Source: Bryobacterales bacterium (GTDB taxonomy: Bacteria > Acidobacteriota > Terriglobia > Bryobacterales > UBA6623). Taken from it: a DNA stretch of 64,000 nucleotides. The notes beneath the pieces were generated by a model. It was not told the DNA's origin and made no database searches. It saw only the letters and a list, made by a program, of their open reading frames with translations. The DNA is taken from contig OY729428.2 in NCBI GenBank assembly GCA_963422375.2, positions 864,001-928,000 of the forward strand. The letters run 5' to 3'. Shown here piece by piece: positions 48,446 through 58,552 of this stretch. Position numbers and translations under genes: made by a program. Within the stretch, counting starts at the first letter, position 1. Every line of letters begins with the position of its first letter.

Positions 48446-51400
48446 CTAGAAGATGTACTTCAGACCGAGCTGCAGGTTGCGGGGCCGCCCGGCCCCGGTG
48501 ATGCGCCCGAAGTTGTTGTTGCCGACTTCGGAATTCGGGAAACCGAAGACAGGTGTGTTGGTGAAGTTGAAGCTTTCGAATCGGAATTGGAACGAATGAC
48601 TCTCCGAAATCGCGAAGCGCTTGTACACGGCGAAGTCCCAGTTAGCCAGGCCCGGGCCCAAAAGGACGTTACGCCCGGCATTGCCGTATTCGTACTCGTC
48701 GTTGGGGACGAAGGCGTCCGTGTTGAACCATCTCTCCGGATCCCTCGCGCCGCGAGCGAGATGCGGGTCCGCACCCGCAACCACGTTCGGCCGGCTGAAG
48801 TTCCCGTTGTTCAGCGGATTCCCGCGAACGCTCAGGCCGAACGGCCGTCCCGACGCGAACGACACGATGCCGGCCAACGTCCAGCCGCCCAGGACCGCGT
48901 CGGCCGGGCCGGCCCACGTGCTGCCCCAGCGGCGGCCGCGTCCCCAAGGAAGGTCGTATATGTAGCTGCTCACCAAGCTGTGCTCGCGGTGCTGGTTGTC
49001 CAAGCTGCGCTCCGCCCTGCGGTTCAGCGGGTCTTGGATGCCGCTATTGGGCGCGTTGCCCGAACCCGAGAACCCGGCCACGTCGCCGATATTCTTCGAC
49101 CAGACGTACGCCCCCAAGAGCGTGAAGCCGTTCGCGTAGCGACGCTCCAAGCGGGTCTGGAACGAATGGAACAGGGAGTTGCCGTTGAAGTCGTGGCGGT
49201 TCATCGCAGCCAGAGGCCCGACCACGATGCTGGTCCCCGGGAAGACTGCCTGGGTGTACCGCCGCCGGGCGTTGATGTTGCCGGGACCGGGCAGCGCGTA
49301 GTTGCCGTCCATACGATTCACGAGATGCTGGGCCTTGGTGCCGTAGTATCCGATTTCCCAGACTGTGTTCGCTCCGAGCGAGTGCTGGATGTTGAGATTC
49401 CACTGCTGGGAAATCGGCCAAGGCGGGTCGCGCTCGAACGACGAGAAGCGCAAGCTGACCGCACGCTCCGGCGTCACCACCCCGTCGGGCACGCCGCTAC
49501 GCAGGAGCACCGACGGCCTGATGCTGTCGGTCGAGATCTGCGACTTGATGTGGAAGGGCGGGTTCGTCTCGAGGAACTGGCCGCCGCCGGTGCCTTCGTA
49601 GTTGGCGTAGAAGACGCCGTAGCCGCCTCGCAGCACGGTCCCTTCGAAAACCTTGTAGGCGAATCCGAAACGCGGCGCGAAGTTGTTCATGTCCGGCGCG
49701 AGCGTCGCTCGCGACTCGATGCTGCCGTCGGTGGCCAGGAAGAACGTCGGGTTGGCCGGGTCGGTGTCGATGTCGAAGTTCGAGATACCGTTGTCCTTGT
49801 CGTACCACGGCATGTTCAGCTCGTAGCGCAGCCCCAAGTTCAACGTGAGCCGGTCGTTGACCCGCCATTCGTCCTGCAGGTAGAAGTGCTGCCAAGGGGC
49901 GCGCAGATTCATGTAGACGGAGTTCGAGATGTCCGTGCGGAACGGGATTCCTAGGAGGAAGTCCGCGACGGGGCGGCCGCCCCGCCCGCCCTCGACGTTC
50001 TGGGTCTGGCGGGAGAAGTTGCCGTTGAATATGAACTGGCCGAGTTCCTGCTGGGGATTCGTCAGATAGCTCTGCAGGAGCTGCAGCGAGTAGCCGAACT
50101 TCACGCTGTGGCTTCCCGTCGTCCAGTTCGTGTCCACGTTGAGCTGGCGGTTCTGGGAATCGATCAGGTTGGGCGTGAAGTTCGACGTTCCGATCTGCCG
50201 CATGCCGCTGATCGAGAACCGCGCGGCGCCGCGCAGCGACTGGTCGACGCCGGTCAGCCCCAGCTCCTGGTTGAGGTTCGCGTCGGCCAGCGCCTGGCGA
50301 TTGGTGTAGATGCGGTTCCAGCCGAGCTTGATGTTGGTGATGAGCGTCGGCGTGAAGATGTGGTTCCAACCGAGAGCCATGTTCTGGCCGCGGTGACTGA
50401 ACTCCGTTCCGTCACCGTCCTGCTTCGAGGGGAACCGGATCGGAGAGGGGACGTAGCTGTCCTGCTGGCTGTAGCGCCAGAACAGGTTGTCGCTGGCGCC
50501 GACGACGTGGTCGATCTTGACATCCCACTTGTCGTCGTCCTCGTTATCCGGGGAGGCCGTGCGCCAGTTCCGCGTGAGGCCCGGAGCGTTGGGCGCGGGG
50601 TAGTAACCGCTGGCCTTGCGCGCTACCGGGTCGATCCGCGTGTCGGGAACGCGATTGTTGGGAAACGGCTGCCGCAGGTTGGTCGCCTCGTCGTAGGTGT
50701 CCGGGTCGTAGACGGTCTGGCTCACGCCGCTGAAGTCGCCCGCAAGCTGGTCTTGCGTGGGAATCGTCAGGACGAAAGTCGCCGACTCGCGGATCCGCGT
50801 GGCCTCGTAGTCGTGAAAAAAGAAGGTCGAGTTGCGCTTGATCGGGCCGCCCACCGAGTAGCCGTACTGGTTGCGCTTGAAGGGCGGCTTCGGCGCGTTG
50901 GGGTTGTCGAAGAAATTCTTCGCGTCGAGCTTGTCGTTCCTCAGGAACTCGAAGACAGTGCCGTGCAGGGCGTTCGTTCCCGACTTGATCGACACGTTGA
51001 CCGTGCCGCCGAGGGCGCGGCCCGACTCGGCCCCGTAAGCGTTCGTCGAGATCTTGAACTCCTCGACCGCGTCGATCGAGGGCTTCACCACCTCGGCCCG
51101 GCGCCCTTGGGCGGCGATCTGCAGGCCGTTGTTGTCCACGCCGTCCAGCGTGTAGTTGTTCTGCGTCGTGCGCTGGCCGCCCGCGCTGTAGCCGCCGAAG
51201 CGCCCGCCGATCGGCCGGATCGCTCCTGCCGACAGCAGGGCGAGCTGGATGTAGTCGCGCCCGTTGAGCGGCATATCGACGATGCGCTGGTTGTTGATCA
51301 CCTGCCCTTGCGTCGCTTCCGTCGTCTCGAGCAGCACCGCGTCCGCGGTGACGTCCACGACCTCGGTCACGTCACCGATCTCGAGCGCGACGTCGATCAC

Positions 51401-51709
51401 GGCCGTCTCCTGCAGTTCCAAGTTGATTCCCGAGCGGACGGCCCGCTTGAATCCGTCGGACTCGTACTCCACCCGGTACTCGCCGATCCGCAGCGGCACG
51501 GAGCGGTAGAGACCGTCGGCCCCCGAGAAGGCCGTCGAGTCCTGACCTGTCTCGACATGGACGAACCTCACGGCGGCACCGGGGATCACGGCGCCCGTCG
51601 AGTCGCTGACGACCCCCTGGATCCGCGCGGTCTCTATCTGGCCCAGCGACGCGGACGCCAAGCCGAAGGCAACGGCAAGGCACCCCGCAACAAACTTCAA
51701 ACGTGGCAT
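48446..51709 (-). CDS. TonB-dependent receptor (Oar-like)
   Basis: Signal peptide, GVVSDSTGAVIPGA, MPLNGRDY, FEFLRNDKLDAKNFF, QFRFESFNFTN, C-terminal QLGLKYIF. Confidence 0.95.
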   Translation of the reverse strand: MPRLKFVAGCLAVAFGLASASLGQIETARIQGVVSDSTGAVIPGAAVRFVHVETGQDSTAFSGADGLYRSVPLRIGEYRVEYESDGFKRAVRSGINLELQETAVIDVALEIGDVTEVVDVTADAVLLETTEATQGQVINNQRIVDMPLNGRDYIQLALLSAGAIRPIGGRFGGYSAGGQRTTQNNYTLDGVDNNGLQIAAQGRRAEVVKPSIDAVEEFKISTNAYGAESGRALGGTVNVSIKSGTNALHGTVFEFLRNDKLDAKNFFDNPNAPKPPFKRNQYGYSVGGPIKRNSTFFFHDYEATRIRESATFVLTIPTQDQLAGDFSGVSQTVYDPDTYDEATNLRQPFPNNRVPDTRIDPVARKASGYYPAPNAPGLTRNWRTASPDNEDDDKWDVKIDHVVGASDNLFWRYSQQDSYVPSPIRFPSKQDGDGTEFSHRGQNMALGWNHIFTPTLITNIKLGWNRIYTNRQALADANLNQELGLTGVDQSLRGAARFSISGMRQIGTSNFTPNLIDSQNRQLNVDTNWTTGSHSVKFGYSLQLLQSYLTNPQQELGQFIFNGNFSRQTQNVEGGRGGRPVADFLLGIPFRTDISNSVYMNLRAPWQHFYLQDEWRVNDRLTLNLGLRYELNMPWYDKDNGISNFDIDTDPANPTFFLATDGSIESRATLAPDMNNFAPRFGFAYKVFEGTVLRGGYGVFYANYEGTGGGQFLETNPPFHIKSQISTDSIRPSVLLRSGVPDGVVTPERAVSLRFSSFERDPPWPISQQWNLNIQHSLGANTVWEIGYYGTKAQHLVNRMDGNYALPGPGNINARRRYTQAVFPGTSIVVGPLAAMNRHDFNGNSLFHSFQTRLERRYANGFTLLGAYVWSKNIGDVAGFSGSGNAPNSGIQDPLNRRAERSLDNQHREHSLVSSYIYDLPWGRGRRWGSTWAGPADAVLGGWTLAGIVSFASGRPFGLSVRGNPLNNGNFSRPNVVAGADPHLARGARDPERWFNTDAFVPNDEYEYGNAGRNVLLGPGLANWDFAVYKRFAISESHSFQFRFESFNFTNTPVFGFPNSEVGNNNFGRITGAGRPRNLQLGLKYIF

Positions 51710-52021
51710 AGCAATACTTCCCTCTCCCAACGCCGCGCCTCGGCGCGGAACGCTACCCTCAGTTACGCGAAAAAGATTACCAAAGGTTCAAGCGACTGGG
51801 CAAGCGGGGAATCGCTTCGTCCAGCGCGAGGTGCTGGCGTGGCTCGCCCGTCGCTCGAGGCTTCTCGCACGAGCCTTCCGCGGCAGCATCGTGCCGTCGC
51901 GGCCCGCGCGGATCGAGGGAGCGGGCCCGCGGCAGCCGGCGGAGCCTTTGCGCGTGCGCCCGCCGCGCTCTTGAAGCGTCAGCGCGCCGCGGTACGACGC
52001 CCGCTGGTACGATGACGATGC

Positions 52022-52294
52022 ATGCCCCTATTGAGGAGTCTGGTTCGAGCGGTCTTCCAGAAAGCCGCCAGCGACCCGCAGGTCCGCGAGAAAGCGCAGA
52101 AGGTCTTCGAGGACGAAATCAAGCCGCGTGCGAAGGACGCCTGGGAGCGAGCCCGCCCCGAGGTCGAAGCGGCGCGCGATAAGGCGGTCAAGGGCGCGGC
52201 CAGCCTAGCCGACCAGCTGAACCGCAGGATACAGCACTCCGCTGCCGAGAGGCGAGCCCAGCGCGACAAGGACGCGTCCGCGGGCAGCGGCTAG
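52022..52294 (+). CDS. Small helical hypothetical protein
   Basis: 90-aa charged amphipathic ORF with GC-biased third positions, filling the gap between genes. Confidence 0.65.
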   Translation: MPLLRSLVRAVFQKAASDPQVREKAQKVFEDEIKPRAKDAWERARPEVEAARDKAVKGAASLADQLNRRIQHSAAERRAQRDKDASAGSG

Positions 52295-52331
52295 GCCGCG
52301 GCACCCGGGCTTGCCAGCCGCCGTGCGAGCC

Positions 52332-53084
52332 CTAGTCGGGCTCGCGGGCGAGCCAGCGCAAGGCGTTGCGGATCAGGCGCTGCATCATCGGGTGCCCCAG
52401 CGCTTCCGGCGTGTGGCCCGGAGAGAGGTACGCGAAGCGGCCCTTGCCGAGCTCGCGCCACCAGCCGGCGGGCGCGGATTCGTTCGCCTTCGAGATATTG
52501 CGCAGCAGCAGGCGGTCGCGGTCGAGGTAGTACTTGCTCATGTGCTGCTCGTCGAACACCGTGAAGTCCTCGACTCCCGCCGTGATGGGATGGCTGCCGT
52601 CCTCCACCCGGACCGTGAATTCCGCCGGGGGCGGATGGCCTCCGTAGTCCCCGCCGAAGAGCCGGTAGTACGGGCCGTCGGGGGGATAGATCCCATGCGA
52701 GTTGTGGAGCGCTAGGAAGCCGCCGCCGCCATGCACGAAGTCCCAGACGGCCTGCTGCTGCGCGTCCGTCATCCAGAGCACCTGGCTGCCGCGCTCGTAG
52801 CCGTTCGGCCAGATCATGCCGTCCTTCAGCAAGATCAGCAGGTCGAACGACGCCAGGGCTTCCGCCGTGAGGGCCTCGTGGTTGACGATGTACGTCACCG
52901 GCACGTTCTCGCGCAGGAGCGGCCTTGAGAGGCCCTCGCGTATGTACACGGGAGAGTGATACCGGTCCCCGATCAGCGCCAGGGCCCTTGGCCGGTCCGC
53001 CGACTGGAACGGCGCGGCAGCGTCCTGCGGAGCCGCGCCGCCAGCCCGGGCGAGGAGCAGAATCGCAAGTCCGACGAGCCGCAT
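52332..53084 (-). CDS. Secreted ThuA-like (class I glutamine amidotransferase-fold) protein
   Basis: FVHGGGGFLALH, GGHPP, HPITAGVEDF...DEQH, GKGRFAYLSPGH. Confidence 0.9.
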   Translation of the reverse strand: MRLVGLAILLLARAGGAAPQDAAAPFQSADRPRALALIGDRYHSPVYIREGLSRPLLRENVPVTYIVNHEALTAEALASFDLLILLKDGMIWPNGYERGSQVLWMTDAQQQAVWDFVHGGGGFLALHNSHGIYPPDGPYYRLFGGDYGGHPPPAEFTVRVEDGSHPITAGVEDFTVFDEQHMSKYYLDRDRLLLRNISKANESAPAGWWRELGKGRFAYLSPGHTPEALGHPMMQRLIRNALRWLAREPD

Positions 53085-53137
53085 GGCCGCAAGTATACTG
53101 CGGTATTCGCGGCCGCCGCCGCTTGGGCACCCGAGGA

Positions 53138-54244
53138 TTGGACGGTCCCGGCATCTACGTCTCGATCCCGTTCTGCGCGCAGAAATGCACGTACTGCAAC
53201 TTCCGCTCCGGCGTGTACCCGCGGTCCCTGCGCGGTGACTACCTGCTGTGCCTCGCCGACGAGATACGCGCGGCCGGCGGGCAGCCGGGATCCACCCTCT
53301 ACCTCGGCGGGGGCAGCCCCAGCCAGCTCGAGCCCGGGGAGTTCAGCGCGCTAGCGGCCAGCCTGCGTGGCGCCGGGCGGGCGGAGGCGACCATAGAGGT
53401 CGCGCCGGGCGAAGCGTCGCCGGAGCGGGTCGCCGCGTGGGCCGCGTGCGGCATCAATCGCGTCAGCCTCGGCGTGCAGTCCTTCGACCCGGGGGTCGCG
53501 CGGGCGGCCGGGCGGAAGCACGATCCAGCAACCGTGCGCACCGAGGTAGCCCGGCTCGCTGACCGGGGCATCCGCAACGTCTCGGTCGACCTGATCGCGG
53601 GCCTCGCGCACCAGACGCCCGCCACCTGGAGCCGCTCCCTGGAATGGACCGAGCGCCTGGGAGCCGACCATGTATCCGTCTACATGCTGGAGGCGGACGA
53701 CGCCAGCCCCCTCGGCCGCGAGCTCAGTGCAGGCGGGCGACGGTACGGCGCACCCTTCGTGCCGTCCGAGGACGTCATCGTCGACCTCTACCTGCTGGCC
53801 GTCGAGCGGCTCCGGCGAGCCGGTTACGAGCGGTACGAAGTCTCGAATTTCGCGCGTCCGGGCAAGCGCGGCCGACACAATCTCACGTACTGGCGCATGG
53901 AACCGTACGTCGGCTTCGGAAGCGACGCGCACTCGTTCGACGGGCGGCGGCGCTGGTCCAATGTCGGCACCGCGGCCGAGTACGTCAGGCGGCTTCGCGC
54001 GGGCATGGCTCCGCGGGACGCGTGCGAGGAACTCGATCCTGGGAGGATGCTGGAGGACCGCCTACTGACGGGCCTGCGCACGAGCGAGGGAGTCCGCCTG
54101 GACGGCGACGCGTGGCGCGGGCTGCAGCCGCGCGCGGCGGCCCTAGCCGAGCGGGAATGGCTGGCGCTGGACAGGCCTTGGATGCGCCTCACCGACGAGG
54201 GACTGCTCTTCGCGGACCAAGCGATCGCCGAGCTGCTCGGATGA
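53138..54244 (+). CDS. hemW: Radical SAM heme chaperone HemW (HemN-like)
   Basis: IYVSIPFCAQKCTYCNF (CxxxCxxC), YLGGGSPS, RVSLGVQSF, YEVSNFA...HNLTYW. Start approximate. Confidence 0.88.
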   Translation: MDGPGIYVSIPFCAQKCTYCNFRSGVYPRSLRGDYLLCLADEIRAAGGQPGSTLYLGGGSPSQLEPGEFSALAASLRGAGRAEATIEVAPGEASPERVAAWAACGINRVSLGVQSFDPGVARAAGRKHDPATVRTEVARLADRGIRNVSVDLIAGLAHQTPATWSRSLEWTERLGADHVSVYMLEADDASPLGRELSAGGRRYGAPFVPSEDVIVDLYLLAVERLRRAGYERYEVSNFARPGKRGRHNLTYWRMEPYVGFGSDAHSFDGRRRWSNVGTAAEYVRRLRAGMAPRDACEELDPGRMLEDRLLTGLRTSEGVRLDGDAWRGLQPRAAALAEREWLALDRPWMRLTDEGLLFADQAIAELLG

Positions 54245-54284
54245 GCGAAGCCGACAGCGGGGAGGCCTCGACCGGCCGCACAGC

Positions 54285-55115
54285 CTAGTCCTGCAGCACC
54301 CGCTCCTGAACCGGGGGACTCTCGCTGCCGTCCGGGCCGATCGCCACGCACGTGATCGCCGCGCCGTGATACAGGTCGGGGTACGCCGCCCCCGTGTCGA
54401 TCCAGCGCATGTTCTTGATCAGAACCGGGTTCTTGAAGGGAATGTGCCCGTGGAACGTGCGCCAGACGTCGGGCACGCCATCGTCACCCTCGGGCGAGAA
54501 CGCCCTCTCCCGGTTCCAGAGCGCCCGAATGGCCGCGCAGCGGTCGCCTTCCTCGAGCCACTCCCGCAGGGCCCACCAGGGAGTCTCGACCGGCACTTCG
54601 GCATGGACTACGACGAAGGCGCCTTCCGCGCTGCCGACCTCGAGCGCCAGCGGCAGCTTCCGCAGCAGCTCCAGCCATTCGTCGCGGGCGCTCGGGTCCA
54701 GAGCGCGGGCCCAGCTGCCGCCGTTGCGCTCCATCCACAATTCCTCGACGTCCCGATGCCCTTCGAGGGCGTCCAGCATGAGCTGCTCGTGGTTGCCGCG
54801 GATGCAGGCCACTTCGTCCCGCCGGAGCCATTCGAGCATCCCCTGCGAGTCCGGTCCGCGGTCGACCAAGTCGCCGAGGAGCAGCAGCCGGTCCCCGCCG
54901 GCCGGATCGTAGCCCACCTTCTTCAGCAGCCGCTCGAAGGAGTCTTTCTGCCCGTGGATGTCGCCGAAAACCAAATCCCGTCCGGCCTGGTTACGGTCCA
55001 GCCTGCGCACGGGCGGGCCGTCCACGCGAGGGGTCGGCAGGTCTTCGTAGTCCCACGCCAAGGGCTGGGGCCTCGGTCGGCCGGCCGCTCCGGCCCGCGG
55101 CGACGCCTGTCGCAT
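54285..55115 (-). CDS. Metallophosphoesterase (PrpA/PrpB-like Ser/Thr phosphatase)
   Basis: GDIHG, GDLVDRGPDS, RGNHE, HGH, IDTGA. Start uncertain. Confidence 0.9.
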   Translation of the reverse strand: MRQASPRAGAAGRPRPQPLAWDYEDLPTPRVDGPPVRRLDRNQAGRDLVFGDIHGQKDSFERLLKKVGYDPAGGDRLLLLGDLVDRGPDSQGMLEWLRRDEVACIRGNHEQLMLDALEGHRDVEELWMERNGGSWARALDPSARDEWLELLRKLPLALEVGSAEGAFVVVHAEVPVETPWWALREWLEEGDRCAAIRALWNRERAFSPEGDDGVPDVWRTFHGHIPFKNPVLIKNMRWIDTGAAYPDLYHGAAITCVAIGPDGSESPPVQERVLQD

Positions 55116-55417
55116 CGAAATGTCCGCCCTCCTCCCTGCCCGGCGCGGGGCCAGATTCCGTCCGGCGGGCCGCTGTTGCGTCACGGCAGGCGTCCGCGCC
55201 AACGGACGGACCGGGGTCCGCAATCCGCGGGGCCAAGGCGGGCCCCGCACGGATTTCAGAGTCGCACAGAAATCCCGTCGTAGCAAACAGGGGCGACGCC
55301 GGGCGACGCGCGGCGGAATCCGGGGGCGCACATGCAGCCGCGACTGGCTAGCGCGAGGCGAAGCTCTGCAGAGAGCCCCTTGCCGTCCGGGAATCGGCTG
55401 CCCGCGGCGACGCCCCG

Positions 55418-57412
55418 CTAGGAGGCGCCGAGGAACCTGGCGACGTCGGCGAGACGGCTAGTCCGGGCGTATCGCGGCAGGCTGTCGAGGAATATCCTAC
55501 CGTACCGCTTCCTGACGATCCGATTGTCGAGCAGGGCCAGGACGCCTCGGTCCGAAGCCGCTCGGATCAAGCGTCCGAAGCCCTGCTTCAGAGCCAGCAC
55601 CGCCGACGGGATCTGGTAGTTCGCGAACGGATTCCCGCCGGCCTCGCGGATCTGGCCGATGCGCGCCTTCACGATCGGGTCCGACGGGACGGCGAACGGG
55701 AGCTTGTCGATGATCACGCAGCTGAGCTGCTCGCCCGGAACGTCCACTCCCTGCCAGAAGCTGGCCGTCGCGAACAGCACGCAGTTGCGCGTGTCGCGGA
55801 ACTTTTCGAGCAGGCCGGCGTTCGACCCCTGCCCCTGCATGAGACAGGGGAACTCCAGCTCAGGCTGGAGCCTCTCGAAGGCCCTGTGCATCTGCTGGTA
55901 GCTGGTGAAGAGCACGAAGGCCCGCCCGCGGGAGATTCTCAAGAGCTGGGCGATCTCCTCGCGCGCCCGCGCGCTGAATTCCTCCGCGCCGGGGTCCGGC
56001 ATTTCCGCCGGGATGTACAGCACGGCCTGCCGCCCGTAGTCGAACTGGCCCGGAACGACCAGCTCGCTGGCCGCCTGCAGGCCCAGCCGGCCGCGAACGT
56101 ACTCAAAGCTCTCGCCCACGGCCAAGGTCGCCGAGGCCAGTATGGCGACCGCGCTGTCGCGGAACAGGGTGCCGTCGAGAATCGGCGCAACGTCGACCGG
56201 CGTGGCTTGCAGGAAGACCCCCTTGCCGCGCTTCTCGATCCAATGCACGAAGTTCCCGTAGCGGTCCTCGACCAGCTCGGTCAGGGCGGGATGCCCGTCC
56301 ACCTCGTCGATGATCCCGGGGCCCAGGTCCCCCAGCAGGACTCGCAGCGTCAGAGCGAGCGAGGACGCCCGCCTTCGCAGAGGCTCCGTCGCCTCCGAGT
56401 GCTGCTTGACCATCTCGAGGCGCGCGTTCAGGCCGGTGATCGCCGCGAGCAGCTGCCGGTAGGGCCCGGCATGCTTGCTGCGAAACTCCGTGCGCTCCGC
56501 GAACTCGCTCCGCGAAGGGAATTGGTCGAACAGCGCGAAGAACTCGCTCGACGCCGCCAGCATCCCCCGGACCCGCCGGTCGAGAGCCCGGGAACCGAAC
56601 CCCTCCGACTTGGCGATGGCCCTGGTGTCGCGAGCCAGCTCCTCCAGCTGGAAGTTGCTCACCCGCGCGCCGAAAAACTGGCCCACGACCCCCTCGATCT
56701 CGTGGGCCTCGTCGAAAACGACCACTTCGTGAGGGGGTATGATCGGGCCGAAATCGTCTTGCCGCAGCGAGAGATCGGCGAAGAACAGGTGGTGGTTCAC
56801 CACGATCAGATCGGCTTGGCGGGCCCGCTGGTGCATGCGCGTGACGAAGCACTGCTCGAACAGCGCGCACTGCCGGCCCGTGCAGGCTTCGCGCCGGGCG
56901 TCCAGCCCGGACCAGGTCCTGCTCGCTGCGGGTAGCTCCGGGAGCTCGGCCCGATCCCCGGTCTTCGTGCGCTGCGCCCACTTCCGGATCAGGACGATGT
57001 CGGCCAGCTCGTTGGTGCCGCCGAGCCTCGGGCGGTCCTCCAGATCCTGGAGCTTCTGCTGGCACAGGAAATTGGCGCGCCCCTTCATGACGGCCACGCG
57101 CAGCTTGCGTCCGAGCGCCTTCTCTAGGAACGGCAGGTCCTTGCGCGCGAGCTGGTCCTGGAGGTTCTTGGTGCCCGTCGAGATCACGGCGCGCTTGCCC
57201 GCCAGGATCAGCGGCACCAGGTAGGCGAGCGTCTTGCCCGTGCCCGTACCGGCCTCCACGATGAGGTGCCGGCGCTGCTGGATCGCAGCCTCGACCTCGC
57301 TGGCCATGTCGATCTGCCCGGGGCGGTCCTCCCAGGCGCTCAGATGCTTCGACAGCACGCCCCCGTCGCGGAAGAACCCTTCGACGGTCAGCGGTGCTCG
57401 GGCTCGGGGCAC
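55418..57412 (-). CDS. ATP-dependent DNA helicase, DinG/YoaA family
   Basis: EAGTGTGKTLAYL, Fe-S cysteines, DEAH, SATL, FWQGVDVPG, KLPF, QGFGRLIR. Confidence 0.95.
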   Translation of the reverse strand: MPRARAPLTVEGFFRDGGVLSKHLSAWEDRPGQIDMASEVEAAIQQRRHLIVEAGTGTGKTLAYLVPLILAGKRAVISTGTKNLQDQLARKDLPFLEKALGRKLRVAVMKGRANFLCQQKLQDLEDRPRLGGTNELADIVLIRKWAQRTKTGDRAELPELPAASRTWSGLDARREACTGRQCALFEQCFVTRMHQRARQADLIVVNHHLFFADLSLRQDDFGPIIPPHEVVVFDEAHEIEGVVGQFFGARVSNFQLEELARDTRAIAKSEGFGSRALDRRVRGMLAASSEFFALFDQFPSRSEFAERTEFRSKHAGPYRQLLAAITGLNARLEMVKQHSEATEPLRRRASSLALTLRVLLGDLGPGIIDEVDGHPALTELVEDRYGNFVHWIEKRGKGVFLQATPVDVAPILDGTLFRDSAVAILASATLAVGESFEYVRGRLGLQAASELVVPGQFDYGRQAVLYIPAEMPDPGAEEFSARAREEIAQLLRISRGRAFVLFTSYQQMHRAFERLQPELEFPCLMQGQGSNAGLLEKFRDTRNCVLFATASFWQGVDVPGEQLSCVIIDKLPFAVPSDPIVKARIGQIREAGGNPFANYQIPSAVLALKQGFGRLIRAASDRGVLALLDNRIVRKRYGRIFLDSLPRYARTSRLADVARFLGAS

Positions 57413-57421
57413 AAGGCTAAC

Positions 57422-58552
57422 CTACTGTACTCGCTGGCCGCCGACTCGAGGCCGGTACCGACGCGCCAGGTCGCCTAGGAGCCGCTCGTAGTCGTCGGTG
57501 ACCGCCGCCCAGTCGTACCGCGCGGCGGCCTCGCGGGCGGCGCCGGCTCGCAGCGCGCCCAGAATCGGCTCGCCCGCCTCGGACAACTCGTCGACGCGGG
57601 CCTGCAGGGAGCCGCGCCGCGCGGCGTACGGCAGACCGGACGGGCCGACCGCCTCCCGGTTCTCGGGCGTGTCGAGATACAGCAGCGCGCAGCGCCGGCC
57701 CATCGCCTCCACCAAGGCCGGATGCGTGCCCCCGACCTCCGTCGCGTGGATGTACGCCCGGCAATGCGACTGCAGCTCGGCGTAGCCCTCCCCGTACACC
57801 GGGCCCGGGAACAGGATCCTCGGATCGCGCGTGGCCTTGACCTGCGCGATGTAGGCTGCCGCGTACGGCGCCCCGCCAACCATCACAAGCTTGCGGCCGG
57901 TGCGGCTTCTCTCGAACTCCCGGACGACGAGCAGGGCGTTGTTCTCGGGCTCGAAGCGACTCACGTACAGGAAATACTCGCCCGGCTCGAGTCCCAGTTC
58001 GTCGAGCTTGTGCCTCGTGCGCACGCCCTCGCGCGGCGCGCCGTAGGCGATGTAGTGCGTGGCGAGGGAGTAGCGGTGGCCGTAGTACCGCTGGATGGTG
58101 CGCGCGTCCGTGACCACCGCGTCCGGGCAAAGCGACGCGAGACGCTCCGAGAGCAGATGCCAAGCCCGCGCGGCGCGGTTCCATTTCCGGCGCTTGCGCT
58201 CCAGCCCGTCCACGTTCAGGATCGTGGGGATCCCGAGGGCCCGCGTCCAGCAGCAGAACACCGCGTTGGCGGCGTTGCACAGGATCGCCGCGTCCGCCCC
58301 CGCCAGCGCGAGGTGCAGGCACGAGAGCGCCGTATGCACGGAGGTGTCGAGGTGCTTGGTGCGCACGGTCGGCAGCACCGCGAGGCGCGCGCCCCTCCAC
58401 GCCCCAAGCCGCTCGCGCGCGTAGTGGGAGCGGCAGTAGACGGTGACATCGTGGCCGCGCTCGGCGAGGCGCGCCGACACCTCCTCCGCGAATGTCTCGA
58501 ATCCGCCGTAGTTCGCCGGGATGCCGCGCGTGCCCAGCAGGGCGACCTTCAT
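57422..58552 (-). CDS. Glycosyltransferase family 4 (DUF1972 type)
   Basis: MKVALLGTRGIPANYGGFET, NVDGLE, SRFEPENN, VGGTHPALVEAM. Confidence 0.93.
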   Translation of the reverse strand: MKVALLGTRGIPANYGGFETFAEEVSARLAERGHDVTVYCRSHYARERLGAWRGARLAVLPTVRTKHLDTSVHTALSCLHLALAGADAAILCNAANAVFCCWTRALGIPTILNVDGLERKRRKWNRAARAWHLLSERLASLCPDAVVTDARTIQRYYGHRYSLATHYIAYGAPREGVRTRHKLDELGLEPGEYFLYVSRFEPENNALLVVREFERSRTGRKLVMVGGAPYAAAYIAQVKATRDPRILFPGPVYGEGYAELQSHCRAYIHATEVGGTHPALVEAMGRRCALLYLDTPENREAVGPSGLPYAARRGSLQARVDELSEAGEPILGALRAGAAREAAARYDWAAVTDDYERLLGDLARRYRPRVGGQRVQ